A stretch of 32,000 nucleotides of DNA from Breznakia blatticola (lineage in GTDB: Bacteria > Bacillota_I > Bacilli_A > Erysipelotrichales > Erysipelotrichaceae): the NCBI RefSeq assembly GCF_004365815.1, contig NZ_SODD01000022.1:4949-36948 (forward strand), written 5' to 3'. Below are positions 1-11,203 of the stretch, one piece after another. Under the pieces are notes generated by a model. It did no database searches. It was not told the origin of the DNA and saw nothing but the letters and a program-made list of their open reading frames with translations. The translations under genes and the position numbers were made by a program. How positions within the stretch are numbered: position 1 is the first letter of the stretch; every line of letters begins with the position of its first letter.

Positions 1-210
1 AAATTGATCATATCGACGAAAGAGAGTTTATTTAAAAACATCGGAGATTTTAGTATTCATTTATCCGTGAATTTAATTTTAGATGTATTATATTCATCAT
101 ATTTTTTACTAGACTATGATACGAATTATCAGTCAAAGCTTGCCTCTGCAAGATTATTAGAAAACTTACGAAGTTCTTCAAATCCAATTATTATGAACGA
201 TGAAGATTGA
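1..210 (+). CDS. 3' end of an unidentified CDS that runs in from the window edge
   Basis: Frame 1 is open from nt 1 to the TGA at 208-210. I recognise no motif in the ~69 aa visible. Confidence 0.3.
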   Translation, partial: KLIISTKESLFKNIGDFSIHLSVNLILDVLYSSYFLLDYDTNYQSKLASARLLENLRSSSNPIIMNDED

Positions 211-222
211 AACGCTGTTTAA

Positions 223-1749
<1,527 letters not shown>

Positions 1750-1755
1750 ACACTT

Positions 1756-2325
1756 ATGGATAAAGAACTACTAATAAAAAGAGGGATTGCATTCTTTATT
1801 GATTTCTATCTTGGTGCATTAGTAAGTACCATACCCATTTCTATCATTTCAGTAACTACAATAAAAACAATGACTCAAAATGTTTTTTTACTGGAAAAGG
1901 ATATAGCAATAATTGCTGTGATGTTAGGATTATTTATGTTATGTATTTATTATTTTGTAGTTCCAAGTTATATATTTCCATCACAAACAGTTGGAAAAAA
2001 GATAATTGGGATTACCATTGATTTAAATCAGAAGAAAAAGCAAAAATCACTATTTAAACGTCAAGTAATAGGATATATGCTACTTGAAGGATCATTAACG
2101 CCTACAGGAAAATTAGTATTTCAATTAATCAGCTTACTTAGTGGATACAATATTGTATCGATTGGACTAGATGTTGGTAACTACATTACAATAGCATCAG
2201 TAGGATTATTACTGTGTGGAAGAAGACATCTCATGATTCATGATTATTTAGGTAAATCAAATGTTATTATCAATAATTCTGAAAAAGGAAAACGGATTGT
2301 GAAATTAAAGGAGAAGAAAATATGA
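1756..2325 (+). CDS. RDD-family integral membrane protein
   Basis: It has 'KRGIAFFIDFYLG' (R..A..ID) near the N-terminus and 'IHDYLGKSNVI' near the C-terminus, with hydrophobic helices between them, which is the typical RDD-domain layout. An AAGGAG RBS lies 9 nt upstream. Confidence 0.65.
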   Translation: MDKELLIKRGIAFFIDFYLGALVSTIPISIISVTTIKTMTQNVFLLEKDIAIIAVMLGLFMLCIYYFVVPSYIFPSQTVGKKIIGITIDLNQKKKQKSLFKRQVIGYMLLEGSLTPTGKLVFQLISLLSGYNIVSIGLDVGNYITIASVGLLLCGRRHLMIHDYLGKSNVIINNSEKGKRIVKLKEKKI

Positions 2326-3632
2326 ATAATATAATGAATAAATTTGAAAGTTTCTTGATGCCGATTGCTGAGAAGATTACAAGCAATCGATATTTAAGTG
2401 CAATCAAAGAAGGATTTTTTGGAGCGACACCAATATTGATTGCCGGATCAATATTTCTATTATTTACAAGTATCCCTATTGATGGATACGCAGCTTTTAT
2501 GGAGAGAACATTCTCATCAAATTGGATGGATTTCTTCTATATTCCATATCAAGCTAGTTTTAAATTAATGGCAATTTTTGTAGTTATTGGAGCTGCAAAA
2601 TCATTAGCTGATTACTATAGTGTTGATGTGAAATTGGCTTGTGCATTGACTTTGGTTGGTATTTTTATTTTAACACCAATTATTGTTACTGAAGAAGGTG
2701 TAAAAGGATTTCCGTTAGATAATTTAAGTGCTGCAGGATTATTTGTCTGTTTACTTGTTACATTTATATCGGTGGAAATATATCGATACTGTGTACAACG
2801 CGGATTTACAATCAAAATGCCTGAAACAGTACCTCAAAATGTATCAACAGCATTCGCTGCAGTTATTCCAGCTTTTGTGATTATCATGGTATTCAATGTC
2901 ATTCGATTAATTTTTAGTTTAACTGATTATGCATCAGCACAAACATTTATTTTTACTATTTTACAACAACCTTTACAATCACTTGGTGGAACACTACCTG
3001 CAACAGTATTTGTTTTATTACTAGAAAGTGTAATTTGGTGTTTTGGATTACATGGATCAAGTATTGTATCTTCAGTTATGAATCCAATTTGGTATGCACA
3101 ATCTGCAGAAAACTTGGCTGCTGTTGAAGCTGGACTAGCAATACCTAATATTGTGAACTATCAATTCATCGCTCACTTTGTAAAAATTGGAGGGGTTGGA
3201 GCAACACTAGGATTATCCCTTCTTTGTTTATTCAAAGCAAAGTCAAATCAATACAAGGCTTTAGGAAAACTCTCTGTAGGGGCATCCATTTTCAATATCA
3301 ATGAACCAGTGATATTCGGATTCCCAATTATCTTAAACCCAATGATGATGATTCCATTTATATTGTCTAATGTGCTTGTTGGAGTGGTAACATATCTGGC
3401 TATTTCAACAGGACTTGTACCGATGATTAATGGAGTAAATTTACCATACACATTACCAATCATCATTTCTGGGTTTATGTTATGTGGTGTGCAAGGGGCA
3501 ATTCTTCAGGTAGTATTATTGGCAATGACCACTATTATTTACTACCCATTCTTTAGTGTACAAGATCGCCAAGCATATCAACGTGAGTTAGAACAGGAAA
3601 AAATGAAAGAACTTGAAGCAACAAATGCATAA
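2322..3632 (+). CDS. celB: PTS lactose/cellobiose-family EIIC permease
   Basis: A 436-aa polytopic membrane protein whose N-terminus 'FLMPIAEKITSNRYLSAIKEGF' and motif 'NEPVIFGFPIILNP' are typical of cellobiose-family EIIC. There is an AAGGAG RBS and a 4-nt overlap with the upstream gene. EIIB and EIIA lie downstream. Confidence 0.92.
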   Translation: MNNIMNKFESFLMPIAEKITSNRYLSAIKEGFFGATPILIAGSIFLLFTSIPIDGYAAFMERTFSSNWMDFFYIPYQASFKLMAIFVVIGAAKSLADYYSVDVKLACALTLVGIFILTPIIVTEEGVKGFPLDNLSAAGLFVCLLVTFISVEIYRYCVQRGFTIKMPETVPQNVSTAFAAVIPAFVIIMVFNVIRLIFSLTDYASAQTFIFTILQQPLQSLGGTLPATVFVLLLESVIWCFGLHGSSIVSSVMNPIWYAQSAENLAAVEAGLAIPNIVNYQFIAHFVKIGGVGATLGLSLLCLFKAKSNQYKALGKLSVGASIFNINEPVIFGFPIILNPMMMIPFILSNVLVGVVTYLAISTGLVPMINGVNLPYTLPIIISGFMLCGVQGAILQVVLLAMTTIIYYPFFSVQDRQAYQRELEQEKMKELEATNA

Positions 3633-3659
3633 AAATGAATGTGTAAAGAGTCGTTGTAA

Positions 3660-4577
3660 ATGAATTTAATAGTGGTAGCAAGTCAAATGATGAAATTGTT
3701 TAGTGTAATTTTATTTGGTTATGGCGTTGGTAAATGTTTTCATTTTCATGAAATGTTCAATCAAGATTTAACGAAATTTGTATTACATATTACAATGCCA
3801 CTTATGATTATTGGTTCTGTACTATCGTTGGAGCAAATCACGCATATAGAAATAAAGGACATCGCATATTCCATAGTGATTTTAGTTGTAATTCTTCCAA
3901 TTGTATCTTGGATCATTATAAAGAATATTCCTAAAGTAGAAGAAAAGGGGTTGATTATATTTCTATTAATGTATCCTAATGTTGGATTTATGGGCTTTCC
4001 TGTTATCCAATCAATACTTGGCAAGGAAGCATTATTTAATGTTGCGATTATCAATATGGCATTTAATGTATCACTATTTACCATAGGTCAGTTGGTGATA
4101 GGATATCAATCAACAGATAAAGTGAAAATACGACTATCACAATTATTATCACCAGGAATCATTGCATCACTATTAGCCATATGTATTGTTAGTTTTCAAA
4201 TAGAAATACCAGAAATTATAGGAGAAGTTATATTCAGTATTGGTGATATGACTACACCTTTAGCAATGATAACTATAGGATTGACACTTTCCAATTACAA
4301 TATCAAGAAAATACTATGTGGGTATAAAGGGTATTTACTTTCAGTAATCATCGATATTGGCATTCCATTATTATTTTATCCACTAGTATCACTTTTGATT
4401 ACTGATGTATTGATTCGCCAAATCACAATCATTATATTGTCACTACCTGTGGCAAATGCAGTAGTGTTAATTGCAAAAAAACAAGGAGCAGATGAATTGC
4501 TTGCGACACAAACTGTACTGTTGTCAACGTTATTATCGATTCTGACAATACCACTGATAATATATATTCTGCTCTAA
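3660..4577 (+). CDS. AEC-family (auxin efflux carrier / malate permease-like) membrane transporter
   Basis: A 305-aa protein with about 10 hydrophobic segments. Its N-terminus 'FSVILFGYGVGK' and overall layout resemble the AEC 'membrane transport protein' family. It is embedded between PTS EIIC and EIIB. Confidence 0.7.
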   Translation: MNLIVVASQMMKLFSVILFGYGVGKCFHFHEMFNQDLTKFVLHITMPLMIIGSVLSLEQITHIEIKDIAYSIVILVVILPIVSWIIIKNIPKVEEKGLIIFLLMYPNVGFMGFPVIQSILGKEALFNVAIINMAFNVSLFTIGQLVIGYQSTDKVKIRLSQLLSPGIIASLLAICIVSFQIEIPEIIGEVIFSIGDMTTPLAMITIGLTLSNYNIKKILCGYKGYLLSVIIDIGIPLLFYPLVSLLITDVLIRQITIIILSLPVANAVVLIAKKQGADELLATQTVLLSTLLSILTIPLIIYILL

Positions 4578-4589
4578 AATGGAGGAAAC

Positions 4590-4892
4590 ATGACAAAAAT
4601 AGTATTAGTATGCGCGGCTGGGATGTCAACAAGTTTATTGGTTGAAAAAATAAAAAAGGCTGCAGAAATGAAAGGACTAGATTATGAAGTAAGTGCACAT
4701 CCAGTTGCTCAAGTTGTCGAAAAAGCAAGTGGTGCAGATGTAATATTACTAGGACCACAAGTGCGTTTTCAATTAAATAAGGTAAAAGATTTATTACCTA
4801 AGATTCCAGTAGAAGCAATTGATATGGCTGCATATGGAACAATGGATGGAGATAAAGTTATTGAGCAAGTACAAAGAATGGTAGGAAAATAA
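4590..4892 (+). CDS. celA: PTS lactose/cellobiose-family EIIB
   Basis: 'KIVLVCAAGMSTSLLV' contains the phospho-cysteine loop of cellobiose-type EIIB. The protein is 100 aa, with a GGAGG RBS. Confidence 0.92.
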   Translation: MTKIVLVCAAGMSTSLLVEKIKKAAEMKGLDYEVSAHPVAQVVEKASGADVILLGPQVRFQLNKVKDLLPKIPVEAIDMAAYGTMDGDKVIEQVQRMVGK

Positions 4893-4893
4893 G

Positions 4894-5205
4894 ATGGAAG
4901 GAATGGAATTAATATCGTTTCAAATTATCTCGTCAGTTGGCACTGCACGCAGTATGTATATTGAGGCAATTCAAGCTGCAAAAAATAAAGACTTCGCTAA
5001 AGCAAAAGAATTAATAAGTGAAGGTGAAAAGATTTCTATCGAAGGCCATCATGCACACGCTGCATTGGTCCAAAAAGAAGCTGATGGTGAAAAAATACAG
5101 ACAACATTGTTGCTTATTCATGCAGAGGATCAATTGATGAGTGCAGAAGGATTTAAAATTATAGCTGAAGAGTTAGTTGAACTATATAAAATGCAAACTG
5201 TATAA
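4894..5205 (+). CDS. celC: PTS lactose/cellobiose-family EIIA
   Basis: A 103-aa helical protein with 'EGHHAHAALVQKEA' and 'LLLIHAEDQLMSAE', the conserved His region of cellobiose EIIA. Confidence 0.9.
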   Translation: MEGMELISFQIISSVGTARSMYIEAIQAAKNKDFAKAKELISEGEKISIEGHHAHAALVQKEADGEKIQTTLLLIHAEDQLMSAEGFKIIAEELVELYKMQTV

Positions 5206-5418
5206 ATGATCGAAAACACCAAAAACATGAAATTGGATAAAAATCTAAAATACGTGTTTGGCATTGTGCAATTGTTTAAGTTTGAACACGAGATAAATGA
5301 TTTAAAAAGATGGGTCAGAGCAAAAGACTCATCTTTTTTACGTACTAATGCTGATAATTTTGCTGAAATGCTATTGTAAGAAAGAAATCATGCAAAATCA
5401 GATAAACATGCTAGATAG

Positions 5419-5745
5419 TTCTATGAGTGGTGTCACGGTAATGATTGGCAATCAATTGTAGACAAAGATACAAAAGCACTAGTTGAATTATCAAATTCTG
5501 ACTATTTGTTTTGTAAGCCCATAGAAAAGTTACATGTTCCATTATTAATGATTGGTAGTAAAGACGATGAAATGTGTAGAGATGATATTGAGGACGAATA
5601 TAATGAATTATCAAAGATTGTTCATGATGCAACAATCGAAATGTTTGATAATGGAAATCATCTATTGATTTTATCTCGAGCTATCGAAGTAGCCGACAGT
5701 ATCAAGAGATTCATTCATACAAATGATATAAAAATGAGTACATAG
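5419..5745 (+). pseudogene. C-terminal remnant of an alpha/beta-hydrolase (N-terminal nucleophile part missing)
   Basis: The frame is open only from 5419, after a TAG at 5416-5418. It encodes '...KLHVPLLMIGSKDDEMC...MFDNGNHLLIL...', the Asp/His end of an alpha/beta-hydrolase fold. There is no upstream GxSxG region and no credible RBS or ATG (the ORF track uses TTG 5506). Region 5206-5418 holds only short broken frames. Confidence 0.45.
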
Positions 5746-5870
5746 TGCGAGTAATGTTTTTGTACGATGATGTAGAGTCTTTGTCGGTTTGCCAAGTGTA
5801 AAGAGCGAGTATTTGTTTAGGATGTAAACCTTTAAAGTTTAGATCTTATGCAAGTTCAAACAATATATAT

Positions 5871-5906
5871 ATTAGCAAGAACATGTTCTTGCTAATTTTA
5901 TTTTCT
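5871..5906 (+). terminator. Rho-independent terminator
   Basis: The perfect palindrome ATTAGCAAGAAC-AT-GTTCTTGCTAAT (5871-5896) is followed by TTTTATTTTCTTT. Confidence 0.7.
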
Positions 5907-5996
5907 TTATATGCATAACGTATTTTTGTTCTTGTTGTGTAGCGTCATAAAAAGTGTAGATATTGCAATAGACTATCTACTTGAATCAATTTGTCA

Positions 5997-6005
5997 TGGT
6001 ATACT
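5997..6005 (+). promoter_or_regulatory. Candidate extended -10 promoter element for the SNF2/SWIM pair
   Basis: TGgTATACT at 5997-6005, about 24 nt upstream of ATG 6029. No good -35 at 17-nt spacing (CTACTT). Confidence 0.3.
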
Positions 6006-6028
6006 ATAGGTAAATATATGGGGGTTGT

Positions 6029-8656
6029 ATGACAAAACATAATAAATTAGAATTCATTTTTACCACAGATAGTTTTGTGGTTGATCAACCGCAAATCGTT
6101 CTTAGTCATGAACAAGAAAAATGGAAACAAGCTTTTTTGAAAAATCGCTACTATGCATTATATCAATTTGGCTTGCATAACACTGAGGATTCTATTAGTT
6201 TCTCTGCATATTACTTGCGAGAAATAGTACAGACTTTTTTTAGAGAAATAACGAATAGTCCTGACCTGGAATTGTTAAGAGATAAAGCAAAACTTAAGTT
6301 ATCAAAAAATGCGATGAATGACTTATTAAGTAAGGTACCATTTGTTGTTGGTAATGAATATGTTGATAAGAAGTGGATTGCAAATATAATTAAAGAATTG
6401 CTAAAAATATTCAGAACTGAGATTAAAGCTTATAAAGGTTCTGTAAATTTATATATTACTGAAAAAAGCCAAAATTTACGAGTGCCTGAACGTGTCTTTT
6501 TTCATTTGGTCGAAAACAAGGAGGGGGAATATCCATTTGCATTTTTAGCTACATATGCTACAGAAGAAAGTAAAGGAAAAGTAAAACATGTACCTTTGGC
6601 GTATGCACTGACAGAGTTTAAGAATGACCGTTCAAAACTTTTGCAGCTTCTAGGTTGTTTAAATAAAGTCGCAGATGTATCAAATCTAATTGGTGGGTTT
6701 ATTGAAAGTGGTGAATTATTTCATTCACTTGGCTTAGACGAACAAGAAGCATATCAATTTTTAAAAGATATACCGGCAATTGAACAAGCTGGTGTCTTGT
6801 GCCGAGTTCCAGATTGGTGGAAGCAGAAGAATGCGTCGGTTTCGATGAATGTGGTATTAGGAGAAAAGGAACCTACACTACTTGGGGCTGATTCATTGTT
6901 GAGTTTGCAACCAAAACTTATGGTTGATGGAGTGGAACTGACAAGACAGGAAGTGGAACAACTTTTAAAGGAAAGTGAAGGACTTGCATTACTAAAAGGA
7001 AAATGGGTAGAAGTCAATCATGAGAAGTTACAAAAATTGTTAGATCAAATTGACGAAGTTGATCGTGATGATGTAAGTTTATTTGAAGCATTACGAATGG
7101 GATTGCATGGAACAGACGACACAGAAGATCCAGATGGCAATGTATATATAAGTAATGGAATGTGGATGAATAAATTCTTGCATAAATTGAGAACACCATC
7201 AATTATCAAAGGGGCAAAAGAACCGAGTAGTTTTCTAGCAACCTTACGTCCATATCAAAAAAATGGATTTCACTGGCTCGATTATATGCATCAACTAGGT
7301 TTAGGAGCATGTATCGCTGATGATATGGGGTTAGGTAAAACGGTACAAGTTCTAGCTTATTTAGAGCGTTTACGTACTACAAAAACGGACGCAAAAGTAT
7401 TACTTGTGGTTCCTGCATCATTATTAGGAAACTGGGAAAAAGAGATCAATAAATTTGCACCTGAAATGGATTACTATATTTTGCATGGGAAAAGTGCAAA
7501 ACTGTTAGAACTTGATTTTAAAGAACAATCATCATTTTTGGTGATGACAACATATGGAATGGCTAGTCGTATAGAAAGTATCAAAGACGAAGTATGGGAT
7601 ACACTTGTACTAGATGAAGCGCAAGCGATTAAAAATCCATCGACTAAACAAACAAGAGCGATTAAGAAACTACAAGGAAGAATGCGCATTATAATGACAG
7701 GAACACCAATTGAGAATAACTTGACAAACTTATGGTCATTATTTGATTTTCTTAACAAAGGATTGCTTGGGACTTCAACAGAATTTGGTGATTTCTGTAA
7801 GGAATTAGCTAAAGAAGCTTCTGGTTATGCACGTTTAAAATCTATTGTTTCACCATTTATGTTACGTCGTTTAAAATCTGATAAAAAGATTATTAGTGAT
7901 TTACCGGACAAAATCGAAATGATTGATCATATTAATTTGTCGAAGAAACAAGTGGTATTGTATCGTAAACTTGTTGATGATTTAGGTAGAACTTTACATG
8001 AAGTGGAAGGAATCAATCGACGCGGGGTAGTACTTGCATATTTAACAAAGTTTAAACAATTATGTAATCACCCAGATCAATATTTAGGACAAGAGATTTA
8101 TACACCAAACGAAAGTGGAAAGTTTGAGTATTTACGCGAGTTATGCGAGACGATTTATGAAAAAAGAGAACGTCTATTAATTTTCACGCAGTTTACTGAA
8201 GTGATACCTCAACTGCAAGATTTTCTAACAGGTATCTTTAAACAAGAAGGACTTGTATTGCATGGAAAGACTTCAATTAAAAAACGCCAGGAAATTGTTG
8301 ATACATTCCAAGGGGAAGCATATGTTCCGTATGTAATTTTATCTTTAAAAGCAGGAGGGACTGGTTTGAATTTGACCAAAGCAAGTCATGTCATTCATTT
8401 TGATCGTTGGTGGAATCCAGCAGTTGAAAATCAAGCAACAGATCGTGCTTACCGTATTGGTCAAAAGCAAAATGTAATGGTACATAAATTTGTTTGTAGA
8501 GGCACGATTGAAGAAAAAATCGATGCATTAATTAATTCAAAAAAAGAACTTGCTGAAAATGTAATTGGATCTGGCGGAGAAAACTGGATTACCGAGATGA
8601 GCAACCAAGAATTAATGGATATGTTAAAACTAGATACAGGAGCAGGATATGAGTAG
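6029..8656 (+). CDS. SNF2/Rad54-family helicase-like ATPase with a long N-terminal accessory region (YwqA/RapA-like)
   Basis: Motif I is 'ADDMGLGKTVQ' and motif II is 'LVLDEAQAIKN' (DEAQ at 7613-7624). 'MTGTPIENN', 'LKAGGTGLNLT' and 'WWNPAVENQATDRAYRIGQ' (motifs V/VI) are also present. About 400 aa precede the ATPase core. Confidence 0.92.
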   Translation: MTKHNKLEFIFTTDSFVVDQPQIVLSHEQEKWKQAFLKNRYYALYQFGLHNTEDSISFSAYYLREIVQTFFREITNSPDLELLRDKAKLKLSKNAMNDLLSKVPFVVGNEYVDKKWIANIIKELLKIFRTEIKAYKGSVNLYITEKSQNLRVPERVFFHLVENKEGEYPFAFLATYATEESKGKVKHVPLAYALTEFKNDRSKLLQLLGCLNKVADVSNLIGGFIESGELFHSLGLDEQEAYQFLKDIPAIEQAGVLCRVPDWWKQKNASVSMNVVLGEKEPTLLGADSLLSLQPKLMVDGVELTRQEVEQLLKESEGLALLKGKWVEVNHEKLQKLLDQIDEVDRDDVSLFEALRMGLHGTDDTEDPDGNVYISNGMWMNKFLHKLRTPSIIKGAKEPSSFLATLRPYQKNGFHWLDYMHQLGLGACIADDMGLGKTVQVLAYLERLRTTKTDAKVLLVVPASLLGNWEKEINKFAPEMDYYILHGKSAKLLELDFKEQSSFLVMTTYGMASRIESIKDEVWDTLVLDEAQAIKNPSTKQTRAIKKLQGRMRIIMTGTPIENNLTNLWSLFDFLNKGLLGTSTEFGDFCKELAKEASGYARLKSIVSPFMLRRLKSDKKIISDLPDKIEMIDHINLSKKQVVLYRKLVDDLGRTLHEVEGINRRGVVLAYLTKFKQLCNHPDQYLGQEIYTPNESGKFEYLRELCETIYEKRERLLIFTQFTEVIPQLQDFLTGIFKQEGLVLHGKTSIKKRQEIVDTFQGEAYVPYVILSLKAGGTGLNLTKASHVIHFDRWWNPAVENQATDRAYRIGQKQNVMVHKFVCRGTIEEKIDALINSKKELAENVIGSGGENWITEMSNQELMDMLKLDTGAGYE

Positions 8657-9380
8657 AAATTATTGGAAGTCTGAATCATACTATGATCAACCATCAGAGA
8701 GTACCTTAAAAACTAATTCATCTAATTCGCAGAAAAAGATGAAAGAAAAAGGTGTGGAATTAGAACCTATCATTATTACTGGTAGAAGTATTGCCAATAA
8801 CTGGTGGGGGAAAGCATGGTGTATGAATCTTGAGAGATATGCTGATTATGATTCTCGATTACCAAGAGGAAAACGTTATGTTCGAATGGGAACGGTTATT
8901 GACTTGAAAATCGAAAAAGGAAAAATTGCTGCAAGAGTACAAGGAAATCGCAAAACTCCATACAAAATTGAAGTTCGAATCAGCCCACTTTCAGAAGCAA
9001 AGTGCCAAGCAATTATTCAAAAAAGCAGCCATAAAATTGAGAATTTAGAAGCCCTTGTTAGTGGGCAATTCCCTGAAGAATTAAAAGATGTTTTCCTTTC
9101 AAGCGAAGGCCTATTTCCATCACCAAAAGAGATAAGCTTTAACTGCAGTTGTCCTGATTGGGCAAATATGTGTAAACATGTTGCAGCTGTATTATATGGG
9201 GTGGGAGCTCGCTTTGATAATGACCCACTATTATTCTTCCGTTTGCGTGGAATTGAAGTTGACCGCTTTATTGATGTTGCAATTGCTAATAAAGTAGAAA
9301 GTATGTTAGAAAATGTTCATGTGAAAAGCAAGCGAATTCTTAATGAAGATGATATATCTTCGTTATTTGGTATCTTATAA
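8649..9380 (+). CDS. SWIM zinc-finger domain protein
   Basis: 'NCSCPDWANMCKHVAAVLYG' is the CxCx(n)CxH SWIM signature (9144-9179). The start overlaps the SNF2 stop by 8 nt, and an AGGAGCAGGA RBS lies inside the SNF2 3' end. Confidence 0.85.
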   Translation: MSRNYWKSESYYDQPSESTLKTNSSNSQKKMKEKGVELEPIIITGRSIANNWWGKAWCMNLERYADYDSRLPRGKRYVRMGTVIDLKIEKGKIAARVQGNRKTPYKIEVRISPLSEAKCQAIIQKSSHKIENLEALVSGQFPEELKDVFLSSEGLFPSPKEISFNCSCPDWANMCKHVAAVLYGVGARFDNDPLLFFRLRGIEVDRFIDVAIANKVESMLENVHVKSKRILNEDDISSLFGIL

Positions 9381-9667
9381 AAATATACATAACTGAACAA
9401 ACAATTGAAAGAGTTGTAGTAGATCCTATCGTGCTTAGTGTTTTACACGATGATAGACGAGAGATTTGAATTTGAAACACTTACAATTTGATGTCAGTTT
9501 GTTAGGTGAAAAGTGTCCATATTTGTTCTCTAGTAACAATGATGGATACTTTTCTTATATCGAATACGTAGTAAAAAATTGAAATTATCTCATAAATAAG
9601 GATATATGACGAGTTTTCTTCTGCAAGTGATTATATTTATTTATCGGTCCAAAGTATATAAGCCACA

Positions 9668-9696
9668 TTCACATCCTATCTAATCTTTGATATAAT
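9668..9696 (+). promoter_or_regulatory. Strong sigma-A promoter of the jetABCD-like operon
   Basis: -35 TTCACA (9668-9673), a 17-nt spacer ending in TGa, then -10 TATAAT (9691-9696), giving an extended -10. It lies at the end of a 314-nt intergenic gap. Confidence 0.55.
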
Positions 9697-9718
9697 GCAA
9701 ATGAAAAGCGAGAGTATT

Positions 9719-11203
9719 ATGGAAATTTATGAGAAACTAATTAAACAAGTTACAGAAGTAAAATACTTACAGGCGGAGAATGCAGATCGATATCGTGTAA
9801 TTATCCGTCATTTTTTTAATGAATATGAAAGTATACAATATTGGTTATTTAAAGAAGATGTATATGAGATGATGATGGACACTGGCTTTTTTAAAGACTA
9901 TACAATTGAAAAATGTCAAAGCGATTTGGAAGCATTAATCGAGTGGGGAAATTTGAGCGCCATTCAAGATACGTCCAAAGTAACAACAATTGATGAATTT
10001 AAGAATAAAAAGTATCGATACCAACTAAATGAATATACTGTAGAGATTGAACGTATGATTTTACGTTTAGAAAATTTGGAAATAGAAGGAGCGTCACTAG
10101 AACCAACCTTGTTGGAACGATTGGCTACTTCTTTACGTAATTTTCCTAAAATCTTACAAAAGAATAGTGAAGGAATTAGTGTTTGGTGGCGTGATGTAAA
10201 CAATGATTTCATGAGATTGAATCAAAACTACCAAGATTATTTGAAAACCTTAAACTCACAACGAGCAGAAGAATTGATGCAGTCTGAAGAGTTTCTTGTC
10301 TACAAAGATCATTTGATTTCATATTTACGTAACTTCGTGTTGGGGTTACAAAAGCATGGGTCGATTATTGGAGGATATTTGCAACATGTAAATACAAAGG
10401 ATGTAGATTCCATGGTAGCAGAAGTAGTTGCCTATGAAATGTCAATCCCACGTTTGGATCGTATCATTGATGAAGAAGAATTAGAAACTTCCATTCGTAA
10501 ACGTTGGAATAATCTCATACATTGGTTCGTGGATGGCATAAGACAAAGTGAGTTATCAAGACTGTATGATACGACTAATGAAGTCATTCGCAAAATTACT
10601 CGTTATGCACAACAAATTAGTGAGAGTAAACACCGTAATGCAAATCGTAAGCAAGAGTATAAACATATCGCCAACATTTTTGGAAAATGTGATTCCTTAT
10701 TTGAAGCACATTGTTTGAGTGCACAAGTATTTGGTGTACGAGATATGTTTCATTTTGTGGATTTAGATGCGCGTAGTACAGATAATATAGATAGTGGTGT
10801 ATATGATGAAAAACCAAGTATGAGAAAACTTGAACCTCGTGCACGTATCGCAAGGAAAACAACGACACGTGAAGTAGCAAGAGATTACGCATTAGAAAAA
10901 CAGATGTATCTACTACAGGTGGAAGCAGAAAAAAAGAAACAACAAGATACACTTAATGAACTTATGCAAGAAGGAAAGATAACATTTCAGGAACTCCCTT
11001 TAATTTCTGCGTTTACGCGTAAAATGTTACTTACATGGGTTTCCAAAGCACTGCAAAATAAAAACAAGCAAGCAAAGACTGAATTTGGTACACGCTATAA
11101 AGTACATGTACCTGATGTTGAAGATACATGCAAAGTAGAGTGTGAAGATGGAATATTTCACGCACCTAATTTTGTGATTGAGTTTATGGAGGATGTACAA
11201 TGA
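9719..11203 (+). CDS. jetA: Wadjet type II JetA-like protein (DUF2397 / TIGR02677-type, kleisin-like subunit)
   Basis: It is the first gene of the four-gene cassette and about 494 aa long. The N-terminal 'VKYLQAENADRYRVIIRHFF' resembles the conserved start of the TIGR02677 family, as I recall it. The start is set at ATG 9719 because ORF-track ATG 9695 lies inside the -10 box. ATG 9701 remains possible if the mRNA is leaderless. Confidence 0.7.
   Translation: MEIYEKLIKQVTEVKYLQAENADRYRVIIRHFFNEYESIQYWLFKEDVYEMMMDTGFFKDYTIEKCQSDLEALIEWGNLSAIQDTSKVTTIDEFKNKKYRYQLNEYTVEIERMILRLENLEIEGASLEPTLLERLATSLRNFPKILQKNSEGISVWWRDVNNDFMRLNQNYQDYLKTLNSQRAEELMQSEEFLVYKDHLISYLRNFVLGLQKHGSIIGGYLQHVNTKDVDSMVAEVVAYEMSIPRLDRIIDEEELETSIRKRWNNLIHWFVDGIRQSELSRLYDTTNEVIRKITRYAQQISESKHRNANRKQEYKHIANIFGKCDSLFEAHCLSAQVFGVRDMFHFVDLDARSTDNIDSGVYDEKPSMRKLEPRARIARKTTTREVARDYALEKQMYLLQVEAEKKKQQDTLNELMQEGKITFQELPLISAFTRKMLLTWVSKALQNKNKQAKTEFGTRYKVHVPDVEDTCKVECEDGIFHAPNFVIEFMEDVQ

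Noticed and set aside
9509-9553. A hairpin, AAAAGTGTCCAT...ATGGATACTTTT, in the SWIM-jetA gap, considered as the terminator of the SNF2/SWIM pair.
   Set aside because: The loop is 21 nt and the stem is imperfect with G-U pairs. It is plausible but too weak to list as a feature. Transcriptional independence of the two modules rests mainly on the strong downstream promoter.
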